Source of the DNA: Azospirillum brasilense
Lineage (GTDB): Bacteria > Pseudomonadota > Alphaproteobacteria > Azospirillales > Azospirillaceae
Direction of reading: 5' to 3'
DNA: 32,000 bases
Assembly (NCBI RefSeq): GCF_008365405.1
Contig: NZ_QOKV01000001.1
Coordinates: 411,333 to 443,332, forward strand
This document shows, piece after piece, positions 1 through 14,577 of this stretch. The notes beneath the pieces were generated by a model. That model was not told where the DNA came from. It was given only the letters and a program-made list of their open reading frames with translations, and ran no database searches. Within the stretch, counting starts at the first letter, position 1. Every line of letters begins with the position of its first letter. The position numbers and the translations under genes were made by a program.

Positions 1-602
<602 letters not shown>

Positions 603-642
603 GGGTCCGGAGCCTCAGGCTTCGGCGCATAGGGTAGGGCAG

Positions 643-683
643 GGGGCGTGTTCCGCAGGGGACGCGCCCCTTTCTCGTTTGTT
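643..683 (+). terminator. Rho-independent terminator after rpoC
   Basis: 12-bp GC-rich stem (643-654 pairs with 659-670, loop GCAG) followed by TTTCTCGTTTGTT. Confidence 0.6.
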
Positions 684-728
684 CCACCGGGTTTAGGATC
701 GTCCACGCCACGCATCGGAGCCACCGCT

Positions 729-1442
729 ATGACCGAGAACGCGCCCAGCTTCGGCCTGCTGCTGTTTCCCAACGTCACGCAGCTCGACCTCACCGGTCCC
801 TACGAAGTGCTGGCCCGCGTGCCCGGCGCCCAGGTCCATCTGCTGTGGAAGACGCTCGATCCGGTGCGCTCCGACACCGGCCTGACCATCCTCCCCACGG
901 CGACCCTGGCCGACGCCCCGCCGCTCGATCTCCTCCTGGTGCCTGGCGGCGGCGGCATCAACGCGCTGCTGACCGACGGGGAGGTCCTGACCTTCCTGGC
1001 GGAGCGGGCGTCCGGCACCCGCTATCTCTCGGGGATCTGCACAGGCTCCCTGGTGCTCGGCGCCGCCGGGCTGCTGGAGGGCAAGCGGGCGGGCACGCAC
1101 TGGGCCTCCCGCGACTTCCTCGCCGCCTTCGGTGCCACGCCGGTGGCGGAGCGCGTGGTCGTGGACGGCACGCTGTTCACCGGCGGCGGCGTGACCGCGG
1201 GAATCGACGTGGCGCTGCGCATCGTCGCCGAGCTGTTCGGTGAGCCGGCCGCGAAGCTCATCCAGCTTTCCATCGAGTACGACCCGAAGCCGCCCTTCGA
1301 CGCCGGTTCGCCGGAAGCGGCGGGGGAGGGAGTGACGGCCGATCTTCTCGCCCGGATGCGCCCGATGCTCGACGCGCGGGCTGCCGCGGTGGAGGCGGGC
1401 GCCGAGGCGTTGCGCCGCCGCCGGTCGGCCCCCTCCGGTTGA
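729..1442 (+). CDS. DJ-1/PfpI (ThiJ, isonitrile-hydratase-like) family protein
   Basis: ATG at 729 is Met28 of the ORF-track entry; the longer N-terminus would overlap the rpoC terminator. GATase1-like motifs are present: LLVPGGGG, nucleophile elbow ICTGS, GTHW, GGGVTAGID. Confidence 0.85.
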   Translation: MTENAPSFGLLLFPNVTQLDLTGPYEVLARVPGAQVHLLWKTLDPVRSDTGLTILPTATLADAPPLDLLLVPGGGGINALLTDGEVLTFLAERASGTRYLSGICTGSLVLGAAGLLEGKRAGTHWASRDFLAAFGATPVAERVVVDGTLFTGGGVTAGIDVALRIVAELFGEPAAKLIQLSIEYDPKPPFDAGSPEAAGEGVTADLLARMRPMLDARAAAVEAGAEALRRRRSAPSG

Positions 1443-1487
1443 CGCAGAAACGTCGTCGAAGCGCACGACAAACGGTCATCTGCGCGC

Positions 1488-1516
1488 TTGACGGGTTCCC
1501 GGCGGACCCATATAGT
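1488..1516 (+). promoter_or_regulatory. Sigma70-type promoter candidate (TTGACG-N17-TATAGT)
   Basis: TTGACG at 1488-1493, exact 17-nt spacer, TATAGT at 1511-1516. It lies 46 nt after the DJ-1 stop and about 245 nt upstream of rpsL. Confidence 0.55.
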
Positions 1517-1642
1517 CCGCGAACTTCAAAAGGAGCCTCGGGAAGGTCTTCCGTCCATCCCACCCGGCATCCGGATGAACCCAAGCGACATAGCCAAACG
1601 ACAGGTCCACTTCGGACCGATCCGGCGGCGTTCGATCATTGG

Positions 1643-1681
1643 GCCCGCTCGAAGCCCTTCAGGCTTCGCAGGCGGGCTTTT
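1643..1681 (+). terminator. Terminator-like hairpin inside the rpsL leader (attenuator or sRNA 3' end)
   Basis: Two-helix stem of 13 bp: 1643-1648 pairs with 1672-1677 and 1650-1656 pairs with 1662-1668, with loop CTTCA. TTTT follows at 1678-1681. Confidence 0.5.
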
Positions 1682-1761
1682 GCATCGTCCGGCATCGCCG
1701 GGCGATTTTCCAATCGGTCCGGCTCCGCCGGCCGAGTGACCTGAAGGGATGAAAGGCAGAT

Positions 1762-2133
1762 ATGCCGACGATCAACCAGTTGATCCGTAAGCCGCGCGAG
1801 CCCTTGGCCGCGCGCAATAAGGTTCCCGCGATGGAGGCGTGCCCGCAGAAGCGTGGCGTCTGCACCCGCGTCTACACGACCACGCCGAAGAAGCCGAACT
1901 CGGCTCTGCGTAAGGTCGCCCGCGTTCGCCTGACGAACGGCTTCGAAGTGACCTCCTACATCCCCGGTGAAGGCCATAACCTCCAGGAACACTCGGTGGT
2001 TATGATCCGCGGCGGCCGTGTGAAGGATCTTCCCGGCGTTCGCTACCACATCATCCGCGGCACGCTCGATACCCAGGGCGTGAAGGACCGTAAGCAGCGT
2101 CGTTCGAAGTACGGCGCGAAGCGTCCGAAGTAA
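1762..2133 (+). CDS. rpsL: 30S ribosomal protein S12
   Basis: [12 protein letters not shown]...[28 protein letters not shown]. 123 aa. First gene of the str operon. Confidence 0.98.
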   Translation: MPTINQLIRKPREPLAARNKVPAMEACPQKRGVCTRVYTTTPKKPNSALRKVARVRLTNGFEVTSYIPGEGHNLQEHSVVMIRGGRVKDLPGVRYHIIRGTLDTQGVKDRKQRRSKYGAKRPK

Positions 2134-2616
<483 letters not shown>

Positions 2617-2642
2617 GGCACCCACCGGCCCAGGTGCTTGTC

Positions 2643-4721
<2,079 letters not shown>

Positions 4722-4758
4722 AACCGCTGGAACGACAAAGAGACGGAGAGCACACACC

Positions 4759-5949
<1,191 letters not shown>

Positions 5950-5966
5950 GGTCGCGTTTTGTGAGA

Positions 5967-5996
5967 GGGGGCCGACCCGCGGGTCGGCCCCCTTTT
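5967..5996 (+). terminator. Rho-independent terminator after tuf
   Basis: GGGGGCCGACC (5967-5977), loop CGCG, GGTCGGCCCCC (5982-5992), then TTTT at 5993-5996. Confidence 0.8.
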
Positions 5997-6081
5997 GCAT
6001 GGCCGATCCGCGAAAAAGCGGCGTGACGCGCCGAACCGGGCCGATCCCGTCACCCTCCTGTCACAAGGGGGAAAATGTGGG

Positions 6082-6110
6082 TTGACACCGGGGCGCCCAG
6101 GGCATACACG
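6082..6110 (+). promoter_or_regulatory. Candidate sigma70 promoter for the S10 operon leader
   Basis: Perfect -35 TTGACA at 6082-6087. After a 17-nt spacer the -10 is weak (TACACG, 6105-6110). Confidence 0.35.
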
Positions 6111-6212
6111 TTACGCCCTCTGGAATTTGGGTTGGTAGTAGGCACGTCCGGCCTAGACGCAGCCCGATCACGAACGGCACCGCAAGCTCCACTTGCACCG
6201 GTTGCTGCCAGG

Positions 6213-6251
6213 AACATCCATCCGCATTGCGATGCGGGGGATGTTCTTTTT
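6213..6251 (+). terminator. Terminator/attenuator hairpin in the rpsJ leader
   Basis: AACATCC (6213-6219) pairs with GGATGTT (6239-6245). CCGCAT (6222-6227) pairs with ATGCGG (6232-6237). Loop is TGCG; total 13 bp, followed by CTTTTT (6246-6251). It lies 154 nt upstream of the rpsJ ATG. Confidence 0.55.
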
Positions 6252-6404
6252 CGTATCGGCCGTCAGATCGGACAGACGAACCGCCGCCCACCGCTTCGGT
6301 GAGCCGGCGCAGGGTCGCCTGCCGCCGCGGGTCCCCGGGGGACAGTTTTTGGGTGCCGGTGGCGCAGTCGCGCCACCGAAACGAGGTGCAAGGGACGTTT
6401 GGAC

Positions 6405-6713
<309 letters not shown>

Positions 6714-6773
6714 TTCGTTGCTGTTGAGGGACCTCTCCCTCTGAGGATGTCCCTGGTCAGGAGATAAAGAACA

Positions 6774-7484
6774 ATGCGATCCGGTTTGATCGCGCAGAAA
6801 GTCGGCATGACCCGCGTCTTCACGGACGACGGGCAGCACGTGCCGGTGACTGTGCTGAAAGTCGACAGCTGCCAGGTCGTCGCCGTCCGCACCGAGGACA
6901 AGGATGGCTACACCGCCGTCCAGCTCGGCGCAGGCGCCATCAAGGTGAAGAACGTCACGAAGCCGCAGCGCGGGCATTTCGCCAAGGCGCGCGTCGAGCC
7001 CAAGCGCAAGCTGGTCGAGTTCCGCGTCGATGCCGACGCGCTGATCGAGGTCGGCGCCGAGCTCTCGGCTGCGCATTTCCTCCCGGGCCAGTTCGTCGAC
7101 GTCACCGGCACTTCCATCGGTAAGGGCTTTGCCGGTGCGATGAAGCGCTGGAACTTCGGTGGTCTGCGCGCGACGCACGGCGTGTCGGTGTCGCACCGCT
7201 CGCACGGTTCGACGGGTAACCGCCAGGACCCCGGCAAGGTCTTCAAGAACAAGAAGATGGCCGGTCATCTCGGCGACGAGAAGGTCACGGTTCTGAACCT
7301 GAAGGTCGTGTCGGTCGATGAGGACCGCGGTCTGATCTTCCTCAAGGGTGCCGTTCCGGGCGCCGAGGGGGCTTGGCTCCGCATCCGCGACGCGGTGAAG
7401 AAGAAGGCTCCGGAAGGTCTGCCGTTCCCCGCCGGGATCAAGGCTGCGCCGGCCGCTGAAGCCGCCGCCGAGCCGCAGGAGTGA
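6774..7484 (+). CDS. rplC: 50S ribosomal protein L3
   Basis: [16 protein letters not shown]...[25 protein letters not shown]. 236 aa. Confidence 0.97.
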   Translation: MRSGLIAQKVGMTRVFTDDGQHVPVTVLKVDSCQVVAVRTEDKDGYTAVQLGAGAIKVKNVTKPQRGHFAKARVEPKRKLVEFRVDADALIEVGAELSAAHFLPGQFVDVTGTSIGKGFAGAMKRWNFGGLRATHGVSVSHRSHGSTGNRQDPGKVFKNKKMAGHLGDEKVTVLNLKVVSVDEDRGLIFLKGAVPGAEGAWLRIRDAVKKKAPEGLPFPAGIKAAPAAEAAAEPQE

Positions 7485-7489
7485 TGGCC

Positions 7490-8110
7490 ATGAAGGCGAC
7501 CATTAAGAACCTGAACAACGAGACCGTCGGCGAGATCGAGCTGGCTGACGAGATCTTCGGCCTTCCGTCCCGCACGGACATCCTGGCCCGCATGGTCAAC
7601 TGGCAGCTGGCCAAGCGCCGCGCCGGTAACCACAAGACCAAGACGGTCAGCGAGATTTCCGGCACCGGCAAGAAGCCGTACCGCCAGAAGGGCACCGGCC
7701 GCGCCCGTCAGGGCTCCCTGCGCTCCGCCCAGTTCCGTGGCGGCGCGACCATCTTCGGCCCGGTCGTCCGTTCGCACGAGCACGACCTGACCAAGAAGGT
7801 CCGCAAGCTGGCCCTGAAGACCGCGCTGTCCACTAAGGCCGCGGAAGGCAAGCTCCTGGTCCTCGACGCCGCTTCGGCCGAGAGCCACAAGACCAAGGAA
7901 CTGGCTGTCCGTCTCGCTTCGCTCGGCCTGACCTCGGCTCTGATCATCGATGGCGCCAACCTGAACGAGAACTTCGCTCGGGCCTCGCGCAACATCCCGC
8001 TGATCGACGTGCTGCCGGAGCAGGGCGCCAACGTCTACGACATTCTTCGCCGCGATACGCTGGTCCTGACCCGCAACGCGGTCGAGCAGCTGGAGGCTCG
8101 CCTGAAATGA
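7490..8110 (+). CDS. rplD: 50S ribosomal protein L4
   Basis: [18 protein letters not shown]...[20 protein letters not shown] at 7477-7481 is 8 nt before ATG 7490. In-frame alternatives at 7481 and 7484 have no spacing for an SD. Confidence 0.95.
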   Translation: MKATIKNLNNETVGEIELADEIFGLPSRTDILARMVNWQLAKRRAGNHKTKTVSEISGTGKKPYRQKGTGRARQGSLRSAQFRGGATIFGPVVRSHEHDLTKKVRKLALKTALSTKAAEGKLLVLDAASAESHKTKELAVRLASLGLTSALIIDGANLNENFARASRNIPLIDVLPEQGANVYDILRRDTLVLTRNAVEQLEARLK

Positions 8111-8424
8111 GCAAGCAGTCGAAACCTGCGGTGAGCCAGGAGCGGATGTACGACCTCATCCTGGCTCCGGTGATCACCGAGAAGTCGACGATGGCGTCGG
8201 AGCACAATCAGGTGACGTTCCGCGTGCCGCTGTCGGCGACCAAGCCGGAGATCAAGTCGGCTGTCGAGGGGCTGTTCAACGTGAAGGTGACGGCGGTCAA
8301 CACCCTGGTTACCAAGGGCAAGACCAAGCGCTTCCGCGGGACCATCGGCCGTCGCTCGGACTTCAAGAAGGCCGTCGTGACCCTCGCCGAGGGGAACAAG
8401 ATCGACGTGACCACGGGCATCTGA
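8107..8424 (+). CDS. rplW: 50S ribosomal protein L23
   Basis: ATGA overlap with the rplD stop. [12 protein letters not shown]...[13 protein letters not shown]. Confidence 0.96.
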   Translation: MSKQSKPAVSQERMYDLILAPVITEKSTMASEHNQVTFRVPLSATKPEIKSAVEGLFNVKVTAVNTLVTKGKTKRFRGTIGRRSDFKKAVVTLAEGNKIDVTTGI

Positions 8425-8440
8425 GCGGGAGTGTGATCCG

Positions 8441-9268
8441 ATGGCTCTGAAGCAATATCGCCCAATTACGCCGTCGCTCCGCCAGCTGGTCATCGTCGAC
8501 CGCTCGGAGCTGTGGAAGGGCAAGCCGGTCAAGACCCTCACCGAGGGCCTGACCAAGTCCGGCGGCCGCAACAACACCGGCCGCATCACCGCGCGCCGGA
8601 TGGGTGGCGGTCACAAGCGCGTCTACCGTCTGGTGGACTTCAAGCGCCGCAAGTTCAACGTCCCGGCGATCGTCGAGCGCCTGGAGTACGATCCGAACCG
8701 TACGGCCTTCATCGCCCTCATCAAGTATGAGGACGGCACCCTCTCCTACATTCTGGCGCCGCAGCGTCTGAAGGTGGGCGACACGGTGGTGGCCGGCGAG
8801 AAGGTGGATGTGAAGCCCGGCAACGCCATGCCGCTGAAGAACATCCCGGTCGGTTCGGTGCTGCACAACGTCGAGCTGAAGCCCGGCAAGGGCGGTCAGC
8901 TGGCCCGTTCGGCCGGCACCTACCTGCAGCTGGTCGGCCGCGACGGTGGCTACGCCCAGCTGAAGCTGCCCTCGGGCGAGCTTCGCGTGGTCCGCGGCGA
9001 CTGCATGGCCACCCTGGGTGCCGTGTCGAACCCGGACAACATGAACACCAACAAGGGCAAGGCCGGTCGCAGCCGTTGGCTGGGCATCCGTCCGTCCGTC
9101 CGTGGTGTCGCCATGAACCCGATCGACCACCCGCACGGTGGTGGTGAAGGCCGCACCTCGGGTGGCCGTCATCCGGTCACGCCGTGGGGCAAGCCGACCA
9201 AGGGCAAGAAGACTCGTCACAACAAGAAGACGGATGGCCTGATCCTGCGCCGCCGTCATTCGAAGTAA
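8441..9268 (+). CDS. rplB: 50S ribosomal protein L2
   Basis: [14 protein letters not shown]...[28 protein letters not shown]. 275 aa. Confidence 0.98.
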   Translation: MALKQYRPITPSLRQLVIVDRSELWKGKPVKTLTEGLTKSGGRNNTGRITARRMGGGHKRVYRLVDFKRRKFNVPAIVERLEYDPNRTAFIALIKYEDGTLSYILAPQRLKVGDTVVAGEKVDVKPGNAMPLKNIPVGSVLHNVELKPGKGGQLARSAGTYLQLVGRDGGYAQLKLPSGELRVVRGDCMATLGAVSNPDNMNTNKGKAGRSRWLGIRPSVRGVAMNPIDHPHGGGEGRTSGGRHPVTPWGKPTKGKKTRHNKKTDGLILRRRHSK

Positions 9269-9280
9269 GGAGGGCGGACG

Positions 9281-9559
9281 ATGGCACGCTCCGTTTGGAA
9301 GGGCCCGTTCGTCGACGGCTACCTGCTCAAGAAGGCGGACAAGTCGCGGGCTTCGGGCCGCAACGAGATCATCAAGATCTGGTCGCGTCGCTCGACGATC
9401 CTGCCGCAGTTCGTGGGTCTCACGTTCGGCGTGTACAATGGCCACAAGTTCCTGCCGGTTCTGGTGACCGAGAACATGATCGGCCACAAGTTCGGTGAGT
9501 TCGCTCCGACGCGCACCTTCTACGGGCACGCGGCGGACAAGAAGGCGAAGAGGAAGTAA
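9281..9559 (+). CDS. rpsS: 30S ribosomal protein S19
   Basis: [12 protein letters not shown]...[31 protein letters not shown]. Confidence 0.98.
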   Translation: MARSVWKGPFVDGYLLKKADKSRASGRNEIIKIWSRRSTILPQFVGLTFGVYNGHKFLPVLVTENMIGHKFGEFAPTRTFYGHAADKKAKRK

Positions 9560-9562
9560 GCC

Positions 9563-9958
9563 ATGGGCAAGCCCTCCAACCCCAGCCGTATCGCGGAGAA
9601 CGAGGCGATCGCCTCCAATCCGATGATCCGCACCAGCCCGCGCAAGCTGAACCTCGTCGCCCAGCTCATCCGGAACAAGGATGCCAGCAGCGCCGTGGCC
9701 GAGCTGACCTTCTCCAAGCGCCGCATCGCCGGCGAGGTGAAGAAGGTCCTCCAGGCCGCGATCGCCAACGCCGAGAACAACCATCAGCTCGATGTGGACC
9801 GCCTGTACGTCTCCTCGGCGACGGTCGGCCGCGCCCTGGTGATGAAGCGCTTCCACGCTCGCGCTCGCGGCCGCGGCGCGCGGGTCGAGAAGCTGTTCTC
9901 CAACCTGACGATCATCGTGCGTGAGCGCGACGCCGCCGCTGCCGAAGGGGCCGAGTAA
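9563..9958 (+). CDS. rplV: 50S ribosomal protein L22
   Basis: [15 protein letters not shown]...[13 protein letters not shown]...[16 protein letters not shown]. Confidence 0.97.
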   Translation: MGKPSNPSRIAENEAIASNPMIRTSPRKLNLVAQLIRNKDASSAVAELTFSKRRIAGEVKKVLQAAIANAENNHQLDVDRLYVSSATVGRALVMKRFHARARGRGARVEKLFSNLTIIVRERDAAAAEGAE

Positions 9959-9959
9959 G

Positions 9960-10736
9960 ATGGGTCAGAAAGTCAATCCGATCGGGCTGCGCCTCGGCAT
10001 CAACCGGACCTGGGACAGCCGTTGGTTCGCCAAGCGCGATTACGCCAACCTGCTGCACCAGGACCTGAAGCTGCGCGGCTATCTGCAGGGCCGCCTGCAG
10101 CAGGCCGGCTGCTCGCGCGTCATCATCGAGCGTCCGGCCAAGAAGGCCCGCGTCACCATCCACTCGGCCCGTCCGGGTGTGGTGATCGGCAAGAAGGGCG
10201 CTGACATCGAGAAGCTGCGCACCGAGCTGTCGAAGATGGCCGGCGGCGAGGTGAGCCTGAACATCATCGAGATCCGCAAGCCGGAGATCGATGCCAAGCT
10301 CATCGCCGAGAACATCTCCAACCAGCTCGAGCGCCGTGTCGCCTTCCGCCGCGCCATGAAGCGCGCGGTCCAGTCGGCCATGCGTCTGGGCGCCCAGGGC
10401 ATCCGGATCAACTGCTCCGGTCGTCTCGGCGGCGCCGAGATCGCCCGCCTGGAGTGGTACCGCGAGGGCCGCGTTCCGCTGCACACCCTGCGTGCGGACA
10501 TCGACTATGGCACCGCGACCGCGAAGACCACCTACGGCACCTGCGGTGTCAAGGTGTGGGTCTTCAAGGGCGAGATCATGGCGCACGACCCGATGGCCCA
10601 GGACAAGCGCATGGGCACCGAGCCGGTGTCGACCGATGGCGAGCCGCGCCGCGAGCGTCGCGAGCGTGGTGACCGTGAGGAGCGTGGGGGCCGCGGTCGC
10701 GGCGACCGTGACCGCTCCGAGCGGGCCGACCGCTAG
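9960..10736 (+). CDS. rpsC: 30S ribosomal protein S3 with an R/D/E/G-rich C-terminal tail
   Basis: [24 protein letters not shown]...[13 protein letters not shown] 9960 is Met14 of the ORF-track entry. 258 aa. Confidence 0.97.
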   Translation: MGQKVNPIGLRLGINRTWDSRWFAKRDYANLLHQDLKLRGYLQGRLQQAGCSRVIIERPAKKARVTIHSARPGVVIGKKGADIEKLRTELSKMAGGEVSLNIIEIRKPEIDAKLIAENISNQLERRVAFRRAMKRAVQSAMRLGAQGIRINCSGRLGGAEIARLEWYREGRVPLHTLRADIDYGTATAKTTYGTCGVKVWVFKGEIMAHDPMAQDKRMGTEPVSTDGEPRRERRERGDREERGGRGRGDRDRSERADR

Positions 10737-10751
10737 TAAGGGGCACGAGCG

Positions 10752-11183
10752 ATGCTTTCTCCGAAGCGTACCAAGTACCGCAAGGCCCACAAGGGCCGCA
10801 TCCACGGCAACGCGAAGGGCGGCACCCAGCTGAACTTCGGCTCCTTCGGCCTCAAGGCCCTGGAGCCGGAGCGCATCACGGCCCGCCAGATCGAGGCGGC
10901 CCGCCGCGCGATCACCCGCGCCATGAAGCGTCAGGGCCGCGTGTGGATCCGCGTGTTCCCGGACCTGCCGGTCTCCACCAAGCCCGCCGAAGTCCGCATG
11001 GGTTCCGGCAAGGGCACGCCCGAGTACTGGGCGGCCCGCGTTCATCCCGGCCGCATCCTGTTTGAACTGGACGGCGTGCCCGCGGATGTGGCAAAGCAGG
11101 CGTTCGCCCTGGCGGCCGCCAAGCTGCCGATCAAGACCAAGCTGGTAACCCGCCTCGGCGGCGGTGAGGAGGTGGCGGCATGA
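10752..11183 (+). CDS. rplP: 50S ribosomal protein L16
   Basis: [19 protein letters not shown]...[12 protein letters not shown]. Confidence 0.98.
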   Translation: MLSPKRTKYRKAHKGRIHGNAKGGTQLNFGSFGLKALEPERITARQIEAARRAITRAMKRQGRVWIRVFPDLPVSTKPAEVRMGSGKGTPEYWAARVHPGRILFELDGVPADVAKQAFALAAAKLPIKTKLVTRLGGGEEVAA

Positions 11184-11386
11184 AGCCCGTCGACGTTCGT
11201 GCGAAGAGCAACGAGGAGCTGAACGATCAGCTCCTCCAGCTCAAAAAGGAACAGTTCAACCTGCGTTTCCAGCGGGCCTCCGGCCAGCTGGAGAACACCG
11301 CGCGGGTGCAGGTGGTGCGTCGCGACATCGCGCGCATCAAGACGATCCTCGGCGAGCGTTCGCGCTCGGCCGAAGCCGGCAAGTAA
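11180..11386 (+). CDS. rpmC: 50S ribosomal protein L29
   Basis: ATGA overlap with rpl[20 protein letters not shown]...[11 protein letters not shown]. Confidence 0.96.
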   Translation: MKPVDVRAKSNEELNDQLLQLKKEQFNLRFQRASGQLENTARVQVVRRDIARIKTILGERSRSAEAGK

Positions 11387-11398
11387 GGAGGGCTACCT

Positions 11399-11653
11399 AT
11401 GCCTCGCCGCGTTCTGCAGGGCACGGTGGTCAGCGACAAGGGCGACAAGACGGTTATCGTCCTGGTCGAGCGCCGCGTCATGCACCCCGTGTACAAGAAG
11501 TTCATTCGTCAGTCGAAGAAGTACGCCGCCCACGACGAGGGCAACCAGTTCAAGGTCGGCGATACCGTTTCGATCATCGAATGCCGCCCGATCTCCAAGC
11601 GCAAGCGCTGGACGGTCGTGCTTGAGTCCGCCGCCGTTAGCGGCGCCGCGTAA
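11399..11653 (+). CDS. rpsQ: 30S ribosomal protein S17
   Basis: [31 protein letters not shown]...ISKRKRW. Confidence 0.97.
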   Translation: MPRRVLQGTVVSDKGDKTVIVLVERRVMHPVYKKFIRQSKKYAAHDEGNQFKVGDTVSIIECRPISKRKRWTVVLESAAVSGAA

Positions 11654-11670
11654 ACGGAAGGGTACAAACC

Positions 11671-12039
11671 ATGATCCAGATGCAAACCAACCTGGAAGTC
11701 GCCGACAATAGCGGGGCGCGCCGGGTGCAGTGCATCAAGGTGCTTGGCGGGTCCAAGCGGAAGGTGGCCACCGTCGGCGACGTCATCGTCGTCTCGGTCA
11801 AGGAGGCCATTCCGAAGGGTCGCGTCAAGAAGGGCGACGTGCATCGCGCCGTCATCGTCCGCACCGCGAAGGAACTGCGCCGGGAGGACGGGTCAGCGAT
11901 CCGTTTCGACCGCAATGCCGCCGTGCTGATCAACAAGCAGGGCGAGCCGATCGGCACGCGTATCTTCGGGCCGGTCACTCGTGAGCTTCGCGGCAAGAAG
12001 TTCATGAAGATCATCTCGCTGGCGCCGGAGGTGCTGTGA
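11671..12039 (+). CDS. rplN: 50S ribosomal protein L14
   Basis: [30 protein letters not shown]...LAPEVL. 122 aa. Confidence 0.98.
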   Translation: MIQMQTNLEVADNSGARRVQCIKVLGGSKRKVATVGDVIVVSVKEAIPKGRVKKGDVHRAVIVRTAKELRREDGSAIRFDRNAAVLINKQGEPIGTRIFGPVTRELRGKKFMKIISLAPEVL

Positions 12040-12356
12040 TGGCCGCGAAGATCAAGACCAAGGACAAGGTCGTCATCCTTGCCGGTAAGGACAAGGGGAA
12101 GACCGGTGAGGTCCTCAAGGTCATCCCGGCGGAAAACCGTGTCGTCGTGCAGGGCGTGAACGTGGTGAAGAAGCACCAGCGTCCGAGCGCCACCTCGCAG
12201 GGCGGCATCGTTGAGTTCGAGGCGCCCATCAACGTCTCGAACGTTGCTCATGTCGACCCCAAGGACGGCAAGCCGACTCGCGTCGGTTTCAAGATCCTTG
12301 AGGATGGCCGCAAGGTGCGTGTCGCCAAGCGGTCCGGCGAAGTCATCGACGTGTGA
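12039..12356 (+). CDS. rplX: 50S ribosomal protein L24
   Basis: [31 protein letters not shown] 12039 shares one base with the rplN stop. An in-frame GTG at 12036 is an alternative start. Confidence 0.96.
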   Translation: MAAKIKTKDKVVILAGKDKGKTGEVLKVIPAENRVVVQGVNVVKKHQRPSATSQGGIVEFEAPINVSNVAHVDPKDGKPTRVGFKILEDGRKVRVAKRSGEVIDV

Positions 12357-12367
12357 GGACCGGACCA

Positions 12368-12910
12368 ATGGCTGCACGTTTGAAGGAAGTGTACGACTCC
12401 AAGATCCGCGCCGCGCTCAAGGCTGAGTTCGGCTACGCGAACGATATGGAAGTTCCGCGGATCGAGAAGATCGTCATCAACATGGGTGTCGGCGAGGCTG
12501 TCGGCGACTCCAAGAAGATCCAGAATGCGGTGAGCGAACTGACGGCGATCAGCGGCCAGAAGCCGATCGTCACGAAGTCCCGCAAGTCGATCGCGCAGTT
12601 CAAGCTGCGTGAGGGCATGGCGATCGGGTGCAAGGTCACGCTCCGTCGTGAGCGGATGTACGAGTTCCTGGATCGCCTGGTCACGATCGCGTTGCCGCGT
12701 GTCCGCGACTTCCGCGGCATCCCCGGCAACAGCTTCGACGGCCGTGGCAACTATGCCATGGGCGTGAAGGAGCAGATCATTTTCCCGGAGATCGACTACG
12801 ACAAGATCGATCAGATCCGCGGCATGGACATCATTTTCGTCACCTCGGCGAAGACCGACAAGGAGGCCAAGGCCCTCCTGAAGGCCTTCGACATGCCGTT
12901 TGTGGCCTGA
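12368..12910 (+). CDS. rplE: 50S ribosomal protein L5
   Basis: [14 protein letters not shown]...[12 protein letters not shown]...RDFRGI...[18 protein letters not shown]. Confidence 0.97.
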   Translation: MAARLKEVYDSKIRAALKAEFGYANDMEVPRIEKIVINMGVGEAVGDSKKIQNAVSELTAISGQKPIVTKSRKSIAQFKLREGMAIGCKVTLRRERMYEFLDRLVTIALPRVRDFRGIPGNSFDGRGNYAMGVKEQIIFPEIDYDKIDQIRGMDIIFVTSAKTDKEAKALLKAFDMPFVA

Positions 12911-12929
12911 TTGGCTGGAGCACGACCCC

Positions 12930-13235
12930 ATGGCTAAGACCAGTGCCATCGAGAAGAACAAGCGTCGCACCAAGCTGGTGAAGCAGTTCGCCAACAAGCG
13001 TGCCCGCCTGAAGGCCATCGCCTCCGATCGCTCCCTCCCGCCGGAAGAGCAGTTCGCCGCCCGCCTCAAGCTGGCCGAAATGCCGCGCAACTCGTCGAAG
13101 GTGCGCATCCGCAACCGCTGCGAAATGACCGGCCGTCCGCGGGCGTTCTATCGCAAGTTTAAGCTGTCCCGCGTCACCCTCCGTGAACTGGCCTCGACTG
13201 GCCAGATCCCGGGGATGGTGAAGTCGAGCTGGTAA
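12930..13235 (+). CDS. rpsN: 30S ribosomal protein S14 (long form, 101 aa)
   Basis: [13 protein letters not shown]...[41 protein letters not shown]. Confidence 0.97.
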   Translation: MAKTSAIEKNKRRTKLVKQFANKRARLKAIASDRSLPPEEQFAARLKLAEMPRNSSKVRIRNRCEMTGRPRAFYRKFKLSRVTLRELASTGQIPGMVKSSW

Positions 13236-13248
13236 GGAGGGTCGGAGA

Positions 13249-13647
13249 ATGTCTTTGAGCGATCCGCTCGGCGATATGCTGACCCGCATTCGCAACGGTC
13301 AGCACGCCCGTATGTCTGTTGTGCAGAGCCCGGCGTCGAAGCTGCGCAGCAACGTGCTTGAGGTTCTCAAGCGCGAGGGTTACATCCGCGGCTACTCCGA
13401 GGAGGAGCTGCGCCCCGGCATCAAGAACCTGAAGATCGAGCTGAAGTATCACGAAGGCGAGCCTGTGATTAAGCAGATCGCCCGTGTGTCGAAGCCCGGC
13501 CGCCGCGTTTATTCGAAGATCACCGATCTGCCCCGCGTCTTCAACGGCCTCGGCATCGCGATCCTCTCCACGCCGCGCGGCGTGATGTCGGACAATGAGG
13601 CCCGCGCCGCCAACGTCGGCGGTGAAGTCCTCTGCCGCGTGTTCTAA
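13249..13647 (+). CDS. rpsH: 30S ribosomal protein S8
   Basis: [18 protein letters not shown]...[14 protein letters not shown]...GGEVLCRVF. Confidence 0.98.
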   Translation: MSLSDPLGDMLTRIRNGQHARMSVVQSPASKLRSNVLEVLKREGYIRGYSEEELRPGIKNLKIELKYHEGEPVIKQIARVSKPGRRVYSKITDLPRVFNGLGIAILSTPRGVMSDNEARAANVGGEVLCRVF

Positions 13648-13660
13648 GGGGGACCCTTCG

Positions 13661-14194
13661 ATGTCGCGCATTGGAAAGCATCCCGTGCCGGTTCCGGCTG
13701 GTGTTGACGTCTCCGTCAACGGCCAGCAGGTGTCGGCCAAGGGCAAGCTGGGTTCGCTCAGCCTGACCCTCATCGACGACATCACGGCCAAGCTGGAAGA
13801 CGGCAAGGTCGTGGTGGCCCCGGCGAACGACAGCAAGCGCGCCCGCGTCATGTGGGCAACCTCGCGCACCCTGATCAACAACATGGTCACGGGCGTCAAC
13901 CAGGGCTTCACCATCAACCTCGAGATCAACGGCGTCGGTTACCGTGCCGCCGTGCAGGGCAAGGAGCTGGTCATGCAGCTCGGCTACTCGCACGACGTCA
14001 AGTACCCGATCCCGGAGGGCATCACCATCAAGTGTGACAAGCCCACGGCGATCTCGGTGTCGGGCTTCGACAAGCAGAAGGTCGGTCAAGTCGCCGCGGA
14101 GATCCGTGGTTGGAAGAAGCCGGAGCCCTACAAGGGCAAGGGCATCAAGTACGAGACCGAGACGCTCATCCGCAAGGAAGGCAAGAAGAAGTAA
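13661..14194 (+). CDS. rplF: 50S ribosomal protein L6
   Basis: [17 protein letters not shown]...GVGYRA...[13 protein letters not shown] 13661 is Met23 of the ORF-track entry. Confidence 0.97.
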   Translation: MSRIGKHPVPVPAGVDVSVNGQQVSAKGKLGSLSLTLIDDITAKLEDGKVVVAPANDSKRARVMWATSRTLINNMVTGVNQGFTINLEINGVGYRAAVQGKELVMQLGYSHDVKYPIPEGITIKCDKPTAISVSGFDKQKVGQVAAEIRGWKKPEPYKGKGIKYETETLIRKEGKKK

Positions 14195-14202
14195 GGTCCG
14201 CC

Positions 14203-14565
14203 ATGCTCAAGCCAAAGCAACTCCACGAGCGCCGCAAGCAGCGCGTGCGCGCGCAGATTGCCAAGAAGGCCGGCGGGCGGGCTCGCCTCTCGGTTTTCCG
14301 GTCCAATCTGCACATCTACGCCCAGATCATCGACGACGAGAACGGCCGCACGGTCGCCTCGGCCTCGTCCGTGGAAAAGGAGCTGCGCGAGCAGCTCAAG
14401 CACGGTGGGAACGTCGAAGCTGCCCAGAAGATCGGTGCGCTCATCGCTGAGCGCGCCAAGGCGGCGGGCGTCACCGAGGTCGTGTTCGACCGTGGTGGCT
14501 ACATTTACCACGGCCGGGTCAAGGCCCTGGCTGACGCCGCCCGCGAGGGCGGGCTGTCGTTCTAA
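14203..14565 (+). CDS. rplR: 50S ribosomal protein L18
   Basis: [20 protein letters not shown]...[31 protein letters not shown] 14203 is internal to ORF-track 14110. Confidence 0.96.
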   Translation: MLKPKQLHERRKQRVRAQIAKKAGGRARLSVFRSNLHIYAQIIDDENGRTVASASSVEKELREQLKHGGNVEAAQKIGALIAERAKAAGVTEVVFDRGGYIYHGRVKALADAAREGGLSF

Positions 14566-14577
14566 GGAGGCTCCGAA

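Noticed and set aside
1488-1739. 83-aa and 101-aa ORFs inside the rpsL leader, plus 60-80-aa ORFs in the tuf-rpsJ spacer (5903-6435).
   Set aside because: No SD is present and starts coincide with promoter hexamers. The translated composition looks like random high-GC sequence, so the regions are better explained as structured RNA leaders.
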